Positions 55,804-64,000 of a stretch of 64,000 bases of DNA are shown one piece after another. The notes under the pieces were generated by a model that was not told the origin of the DNA, searched no databases, and saw only the letters and a list, made by a program, of their open reading frames with translations. The stretch is taken from contig OZ024743.1 of NCBI GenBank assembly GCA_964016885.1, forward strand, positions 37,448,001 to 37,512,000. The letters run 5' to 3'. Within the stretch, counting starts at the first letter, position 1. Each line of letters opens with the position of its first letter. This DNA is from Eledone cirrhosa (lineage: Eukaryota). The position numbers were made by a program, and so were the translations under genes.

Positions 55804-57080
55804 ATCAAAATACATTGATTAGCATTTTCCAAAGATAATTGAAAATCATTTTAAGAGGTCAAGAATAAATCTAGTATTCTGTAGAAAGTATGGAGTGGTC
55901 TTTTTTATTTACTATTTAGTCAGGGATTCAACGTCTGACCTCAACATCAGGGCCTCTCAAACTAGTGCCATTGAGGGAGAAAGTCAATGATCTAGTCTAA
56001 ATAATTTCAAATGAGATCACTCCGCTGAAATCAAAAGAGCCACTTGTTGCAAATAACAAATACTACAAAGGCAGTGTCAGTGTTGACGTAGTGAGGAGGG
56101 TGAGAAAGAAGAATTAATATCCATCAATATTTAGTTTCATGCTTCTGCATTCTGGAATACAATTTCTGACATTCGGCAGCGTTGTTAGAATATTCATTAG
56201 AATACTTAGCTGTATTTTTAACGGATCGTTGCGCTCTGATTTGAAACCCATTGAAGACAACTTTGCATTTTATCCTTATTGGGCGTTAGGCTGGTAGAAT
56301 CGTTCGAGCGGAGGACAAATTGCTTTGCAGTATTTAGTCACGACCCTTTACGATCTTATTCGGTGGCAGAAAACGGCTTTGTTCAGATTTGAAGAGTGGT
56401 TAATTTTCTCCAGGATTAAATGTTGAAGACATACCGTTGTATGTCACTACGCCTCACCTACGACTTCAGCATCGATGGATGAATGGATCGAACGTCAATA
56501 TAACAAAATGAAAATTAAGAAAAAAATATGCCATAATGAATTTGTGTACTTGTGACAACACAAGAAGTTGGATATATGATATATAATGGGAACGTGATGA
56601 TATAAAAGAATCATAAAGGAAAAACATCAATTTAGAAAAATTTCGTTTAAAATAGCGAAAGCTTATTACATTTAATTGCATTATATTTATTTTACAAACC
56701 GAAACATTATAACGATGCAAAAGGAAGATTTTATTCATAACTTGCTTAGAAAAGCAGATTCACGATGTAAAAAAGGAGACATTGAACATATCATATGTTT
56801 ATATAGAACAGTCACGATAGATTCATAAAATCTTTATTACTTTCTACTTCTACCAAATATAGCTTTTATATTTATGATGGAGACTTAAAACCTGAAACCA
56901 ATGGCCTGTCAATATTCTACTTCCAACTGTAGAAATTGATTTGAGACATTCATTCTCATTGGATATCAGTTTATCTTGAATGTATCTATCATATTGCCAT
57001 AGTTCACCAGATCATCTTACCATGAACATATTCGTTTTAAATATGAGAAAACCAGTAGCTATAAAGAGAAAAAGTTATAA

Positions 57081-57109
57081 ATATTTTAAGACCTGAATTT
57101 GAGAGAGAA

Positions 57110-57155
<46 letters not shown>

Positions 57156-57184
57156 TTCTCTCTCAAATTCAGGTCTTAAAATAT
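57081..57184. repeat. Palindrome centred on (TA)n
   Basis: atattttaagacctgaatttgagagagaacg (AT)n cgttctctctcaaattcaggtcttaaaatat. Confidence 0.9.
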
Positions 57185-57195
57185 ATATACCTTTC

Positions 57196-57235
<40 letters not shown>

Positions 57236-57598
57236 GAGAGAGAGAGAGAGAGAGACAGAGAGAGAGAGAGAAGGAGAGGGGCAGAGAGAGAGAGGGAGGA
57301 CGATAGATAGTGTGAGGGACAGACTACAATAATGGATGCTGCATATGAGGACGTAGATAGATATATGCGTTTTGTTCTAAGAGAAAATATCGAAAAACCA
57401 ATGAAAATCATTTATAATATCTTTAAGCCATTATATACTTATCGATAATTTAAAGCATCAACGATGGTATTCTGGTATTCTTTCTTCTTAGGTCCTGTAC
57501 TTCTCTCAACTACATCTATACCGTGTATAGGTAAGCCTGTGTGTAGATGTGCGCAATTTTTTCCTGTACCTTTCCGACGGAATTACTTCATTTATGTA

Positions 57599-57656
<58 letters not shown>

Positions 57657-57697
57657 CGAAACATAAGTCAATTGCATGAACTATTAATCCTTTATTT

Positions 57698-57753
57698 ACT
57701 GGTATATATATTTCGATGATAGCCATTGAATGGTTATGACCTCATCAGGCAGT
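57698..57753 (-). ncRNA. Hammerhead motif related to 37617
   Basis: Minus strand: actgc CTGATGA ggt cataaccat tca atggctat catc GAAA tatata TA ccagt. Confidence 0.68.
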
Positions 57754-58849
57754 TAGTCAGTTCTTAGATATGCCAGCTCTGTGTTTATAGTGTTGATGGT
57801 ATCAGAGCCTTGGGACATATGAGCTTGTTAGGAATAATGTAATGTTGTCAGCAGGAATAGTCTTTATTCTCATTGGTCAGTTTGTAGATAGTAGTAGGGT
57901 TGGTATTTGACCTCAAAGAGGCAGGTGGTGTTGTAAAGTTCAAACCGTCAGGCAAGATGACAACAGTTCCATATGACTGATTTTCACAAAAGCATTCCTG
58001 GTAGGTATATATTCAATTAAGGTTAATAGTATGAAATAGATACTACAGGTCCATCTTAAATTGAGGAATTTATGTGGAGCGGTGCTACTGAAATTTATGG
58101 TTGGAGTAGAACATTTACAAATAAAAAGACTTATGTAGGTTGGCTTGCACTACACTCACACTCACCTCCCACACCACACACACACATCCATACATACAAA
58201 ATGTGGGGTGGTAATACTTAAAATAATGGTTAGAGTCCAATACTTAGATAGTTTAGAAAATTTAGAAATAAAAGGTTTAATCTGGTTGACGTGTACATAC
58301 ACTCACACCTACCCCCTCAGACACTCACACATCTACACACACAAATCCATACAGGTGTTGTATATATATATATGTATGCATGTATGTACGCACAAGTATA
58401 TATATATATAAAATATATATATATATACACAGAACATACATATATATAAAAATATATACATATAAAAATATAAAAAATATATATATACATAAAATACACA
58501 CATACATAAAATAAATACACACAATAAACATAAATACATATATATATATAAAATACACATACATATACATATATATATTAAAATATATACATATATATAC
58601 ATACATATCAAATACACACATATACACATATAATATATATATATATATATACACATTATATATATATACATATATATATAAAATAAGGTTCAATAAAACG
58701 TGGTTTAGATGACTCCTAATCAGTAGAGGATCGGTGGACCATCCACCATAGGGACCACAAACTATGGTGGTTGTTGTTGTCCATTGGTCATTGGTACGGG
58801 GTGTAGGGGACCTACGGGGGGGGGGGGGGCGTTGTGGGAGGCCGTAATC

Positions 58850-60674
58850 GGGGTTTTATCCATATAGCTTGAGGAAAGTTCCCGTCCTTAGGTGTCTGCA
58901 GGCACCGAATAAGTCGGCCCCTCTGTTTAATAGCTTGGTCCCGCCATGAAGAATATCGAGTGTCTCACTAAGACAGAGGTTGCAAATACCAGACCCGCCT
59001 CTGTCTGGGGGAACCTCCTAACCCACGTACCAGACGAGAGAGTGTGGGTCTTTTCAAGTTTGAGCTTCAGATCAATTCAGAAAGGGCCATACATTTCCTC
59101 TATCTATTCTGTTAAAGGAATGGTAATGGTTATACCACGATCTTGAAGCTCGTCGCTGTGGATCCTATGTAGTGGTGCTCCGAGTTAGGGGTTGTGAGCT
59201 TGCACTTTAGACCACGTTTTCGTCATGCATTCAATACTAAGGGGGCATAGTGAGGGTCTCTGCAATTACATGACTTCTTAAGCCCCACCACATGTACCGC
59301 GTGGTTACCATCACTCGGGGTTGACTGGGTAGCCTCCGCAATCAGCACAGGATCGTTGGGTTCCGGTGTGCTAGTTGGCCCTGTCCGGGTTCCGTTGCGT
59401 CCCACGTGCTGGTTCTGTTGGGTGGCTCCGGGTTTTACGGTGGTATTAGAGGCAGTGAGCTTATTCCTATTTATGCCAGCTATGTGCTGGGTTACGGAGC
59501 GTGTGGTTGAGTAGGAAAGTTTCACCGTGTGCCTGTTGAATATTTTATAGTACTTGTGGGCCCTAGGGAAACATTTGTCCAGTACTCTAAAGAATATTCT
59601 AGCCAGGCTGGCACGTAGACCCACCGAGTACGAAGGGTTATACCATGTGACCTTCCTGGTCCTATTCTTGCGGGGTTTTTGGGTGTCCGCCATGGGCCAT
59701 CGCGTGGTTGTGCACAGCTCAGGTCGAGCTCGGTTGATGTCACTCGGGTGTGCGGAGCGGTCACTATCATGAGGGTTATATGGGCACACCGGAGGGCTAT
59801 AAACCTGCGAGGTTAGGCCTCCCTGCTCAATTAGGGTTCCGCAGGTGGTGAGGCCGGTGCAGGGGTGCCTATTCTCCGCAGCACAGTGGTCTTTAGCGTT
59901 GTAGGTATTATACCGGTGGGGTATGCGGGATCTTCTACCGGGGGTGATGACAGATAGGGGTCTGGGAGTGTTACTATTGGTCACCGAGGTATTAGGTGGG
60001 CGACTCATGTCCCTGAGGGTATTGGTCCGGGGTACCCTTGGGTCATCTCGATCATGTCCCTTAGGGTTATAGCTGATCCTATCGCTGTGGGACGCCGTAG
60101 CTAACGCTGAGTTATAGTAATTAGCGTTACTATTGAAGATCTCTTTATTGGCCGACAATTTAGAGATCCTGTCAGAGACACTCTTAACTACGGCATTAAC
60201 TATAGATCTAGGGTGATTAGACCCAGCGTTGATATACACCAGCTTCTCATTGGGTTTATGATGTGGGTGGTGCAGCTTGGTGTTGAGGTTGAGGCTGGTG
60301 TCCAGGAAATTCACTACTTTTCTATTGGGTTCAATCTCTACCTTAAGTCCTACCTTGCTAAAGAAGTGCCTAATTCTCCTCTTCATATTTTCTACCATTG
60401 TGGTGCTGTGGTCCACTACGGTGAAGAGTGCGTCGTCTCGGTTCAGACCGCCAGCCAGGTTGGGTATTTCTCCCTGATCTCGTAGAGTATGTATATCCCA
60501 ACCAAGTCCGTTAGCTGCGCGGAGTCACTGGAGCCCATTGTAATGACAAAATTATTTGGCCAGTCGCTCCGGGTCCATATGTCCCCACCGAATCGGATCA
60601 GGGTTTACTGGCGGCGTGTATGATTCGGAGCTCGTCGCGTGTTAGGTCTGTCCTATTCATCGCGAATATGTGTG

Positions 60675-60678
<4 letters not shown>
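58850..60678 (-). pseudogene. GC-richer PLE RT + GIY-YIG (Hydra-clade-like), frameshifted
   Basis: MGSSDSAQLTDLVG, RDDAL, VNFLDTSL, YINAGSNHP, TRKVTWYNP, CNCRDP, CNLCLSE...LLNR...CRH. Includes ORF 59223-60416. Confidence 0.88.
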
Positions 60679-60727
<49 letters not shown>

Positions 60728-60730
<3 letters not shown>

Positions 60731-61070
60731 TAAATGTAACTGAGTTTTTCGAATATTAATAATAACATTCGATTCGTTTGCAATTATGCAAACAAGCCTC
60801 ATTTTTATAGCCACGTCAGTAGAATGAACACTTCATTCTTGTTCTTGTGTTGGCATGCGAACTGAACTGCAGACACTAATGTTTCTGAGTATCTCCCTTC
60901 ATCAGTACAGCTCACTGTTCACCTGCCAAACTGTCAGAGCTAGTGAAAATATATGCTAATGGCTATAACATTGAGGCTTGTTTGCATAATTGCAAACGAA
61001 TCGAATGTTATTATTCAAAAAACTCAGATTACATTTATTGTATTCAGCCATGTAGAGCGAAATTTTCTTT
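60728..61070. mobile_element. Small fold-back element with an internal HHR
   Basis: 60731-60801 is inverted at 60972-61037. (TA)n flanks. Confidence 0.78.
60864..60913 (-). ncRNA. Hammerhead ribozyme motif
   Basis: Minus strand: gagctgta CTGATGA agggagatactca GAAA cattagtg TC tgcagttc, giving an 8-bp stem I with G-U pairs. Confidence 0.75.
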
Positions 61071-61087
61071 TATATATATATATATAC

Positions 61088-62285
61088 ATCAAAGGTATAT
61101 ATTGAGTTAGGGACTCAAAATAGTCTCTTACAATAAAATAGCTCTAAGAAAGAGATATTTCCGAGCCGTATATTATAATAGAATATAAAAGAAAAACGAA
61201 CACAGACATACATATATATGTATTCAAATTGTAAGGGACCTTATTCACTAAGGTGAAAAGAATACTAATTATAGACAGTTGGGTTCGCTTCTCTCAATTT
61301 AAGAAAAAATTAAGAAAATAAATACAAACCGGAATTGTGGTAACTACCAATCACCCAGACAACTTGTTGTATCGCAAAGTTAATTGTGAATAGAAATACC
61401 AATCCAAGCTCATCAGTGGGTGATGAATTAGTATCCTAGACACATCTAAGTATGCTATATATAAAATATATAAAATAGTGCACATGGCATCCTAGCGTGT
61501 CTCACAAACCTACAACACTAAAAATAGCAGCCAGATTTACTCGACATTTGAAATAGCTCAACAAATTAACGGAATCGAATATATCAAAGGTATATATTGA
61601 GTTAGGAACTCAAAATAGTCTCTTACAATAAAATAGCTCTAAGAAAGAGATATTTCTGAGCCGTATATTATAATAGAATATAAAAGAAAAACGAACACAG
61701 ACATATACATATATGTGTTCAAATCGTAAGGGACCTGATTCGCTAAGGTGAAAAGAAAACTAACTATAGACAATTAAGTTCGCTTGTCTCAATTTAAGAA
61801 AAGATTAAGAAAATAAATACAAACCGGAATTATAACATACGGCTCAGAAACATCTCTTTCTTTGAGCTATTTTATTGTAAGAGACTATTTTGAGTTCCTA
61901 ACTCAATATATACCTTTGATATATTCGGCTCCGTTAATTTGTTGAGCTATTTCAAATGTCGAGTAAACCTGGCAGTTATTTTTAGTGGTGTAGGTTTGTG
62001 AGACACGCTAGATGTGTCTAGGATACTAATTCATCACCCACTGATGAGCTTGGATTGGTATTTCTATTCACAATTAACTTTGCGATACAACAAGTTGTCT
62101 GGGTGATTGGTAGTTACCACAATTCTGGTTTGTATTTATTTTCTTAATTTTTTCTTAAATTGAGAGAAGCGAACCCAACTGTCTATAATTAGTATTCTTT
62201 TCACCTTAGCGAATCAGGTCCCTTACAATTTGAACACATATATGTATATGTCTGAGTTCGTTTTTCTTTTATATTCTATTATAAT
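61088..62285. mobile_element. ORF-less tandem plus fold-back element (495-nt unit)
   Basis: atcaaaggtatatattgagttagg at 61088 and 61583. 61832-62285 is inverted. (TA)n flanks. Confidence 0.85.
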
Positions 62286-62306
62286 ATATATATATATATA
62301 TATATA

Positions 62307-62349
62307 TTGTTATACTTTGGGAGGGTCATGTTGCAAATTCAGAAACGAA

Positions 62350-62352
<3 letters not shown>
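62307..62352. mobile_element. Ultra-short two-ended remnant of the 51670 PLE family
   Basis: tgttatactttgggagggtcatgttgc (inverted 3' end) is fused to aattcagaaacgaaatat (tail seen at 1199-1215). Confidence 0.7.
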
Positions 62353-62380
<28 letters not shown>

Positions 62381-62399
62381 TATATACATGTATATATGC

Positions 62400-62466
<67 letters not shown>

Positions 62467-62502
62467 CAGTATGTATATATATAATATATACTCATATATA
62501 TA

Positions 62503-62513
<11 letters not shown>

Positions 62514-62573
<60 letters not shown>

Positions 62574-62765
62574 AAGACAGAGTGAGAGACAGGCTGAGAG
62601 AGAGAGAGAAGGAAAAAGGAAATGATAGACAGAGTGAGAGAAAGGCTGAGAGAGAGAGAGAAGTAAGACAGAGTGAGAGACAGGCTGAGAGAGAGAGAAG
62701 GAAAAAGGAAATGATAGACAGAGTGAGAGAAAGGCTGAGAGAGAGAGAGAGTGAGAGAGTATGAC
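62514..62765. repeat. GA-rich minisatellite
   Basis: Repeated gacagagtgagagaMaggctgagagagagag units. Confidence 0.85.
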
Positions 62766-63654
62766 TGACAGAGAAAGACAAAAGCCTTCGAAAGTTCCAA
62801 CAGTTTTCTTTCTAAAGTTTGATACTCAACCAAAACAAACTTCTCAGGCAAATAGAGTTTTAATAAATATACAATCCCGATCCAGTAGTTATTCCTTTGA
62901 ATTCAAATTGATGACAACGTTTATCATTTCGCAAATAAGCTGATGGCATATTATTCATTATCCTAACATGCGTGTTGTAGACGGCAAATTGGCAGAGTTA
63001 TTAATGGCTGGCTCGGTATTTCTTCCTGTTCACTGCGCTATGTATTGTAACCCCAACGTGGCCAGTGGATTGGCAGAATTGTTAAAGAGTTGGGCGGGAT
63101 GCTTTTCGGTATGTTACCTAGCTCTGTGCGCTCGAACTCAAAACCGCATCTCATTTTTCCATGATTTTCCAACGGTAAATATTATCATCAATGGAAAACC
63201 AATGGACACATTGTCTTCTTGGTTCGATCTGACGTAGGATCCTTTCTTTTTCCTAAATATTTGTCCGAGATAATAGACTCAATAGCATAGTCAAACCTAT
63301 TTATGATAGGTGATCATTTCTATGAAGCTTTACTAAAAAAATACAATACTAATTCTCAGAAGTTAAAGCGGTTGTTTGTCAAAGCGATTAGAGTATCGGG
63401 CAGAAATATTTCCTGTTCCTTGAGGTTCATCAGGAGGGGCTTATTCGATTTCTGTGCATCGTTAACACCACATGATTCTCATACAACATTTCTTTAGCTG
63501 ACGAGGTAAGAAAAACGTGTACTTAAGAGTCTTGAACAAGCACATAAAGCAGTACCCTATCGGGGAATCCTTACAAACATAAGTATGTAAGACTAACACT
63601 CTAAATAGTAGATTAAGCGCGTAGCTGTTAGAATACAATGCATTATTACTTTAG

Positions 63655-63750
63655 TGCGGTGGATTGGCAGTATCGGTAGAGGGTCAGGCGCCATGCTTTG
63701 CAAGCAAAGAGCTACAGCCCTTTATTGTCTGAGTTCAAATAAGTACCAGT
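63655..63750 (+). mobile_element. Internally deleted tRNA-derived SINE
   Basis: gcggtggattggcagtatcggtagag...gagttcaaat|aagtaccagt. Confidence 0.75.
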
Positions 63751-64000
63751 ATATAAAACTATTCTATTCATCAGCTAAAGACGATGATCAGCCCCCCCCC
63801 CCAATATATTTTGACCCGACAAAAGTTAAAATGTCCATATATACAAGGTTCTGTGGAATCCTTATTAAGGAAAATTTGAATTAGAAATTAAACATTTAAT
63901 CTATAGAATCCTAAAAATCGATAGAAATGGGAATAATCTCTAAGACGCGTAAGTTTCTGGACAATAAAGCAATGGAAATGTGTTTTCCCTTTGTTAATCC

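Overview
This is AT-rich eukaryotic repeat DNA with no recognisable host gene. The very dense (TA)n/(CA)n/(GA)n tracts and a Meta/MESC-type tRNA SINE suggest a mollusc, probably a cephalopod (inference). Penelope-like elements (PLEs) dominate. Five RT/GIY-YIG remnants carry a CxCx5C linker and a C-terminal CxxC (Hydra-clade-like), and one young CX4CX2C-linker element is present as a head-to-head pair. Also present are a Chapaev3 DNA transposon with TIRs and a 3-bp TSD, CR1-like, RTE-like and Hero-like LINE remnants, Helitron-like elements and many SINEs. Two patterns stand out. First, most PLE-related inserts are fold-backs whose two 3' ends point outward into (TA)n, often ending at internal ATAT motifs. 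Second, more than 15 hammerhead-ribozyme (HHR) motifs are readable by eye, several inside ORF-less, partially tandem units of 322, 400 and 1278 nt that look like retrozyme-type circular-RNA parasites. Similar 629- and 495-nt units have only an atypical or no ribozyme. Everything was read by eye, so boundaries are approximate unless a motif is quoted.
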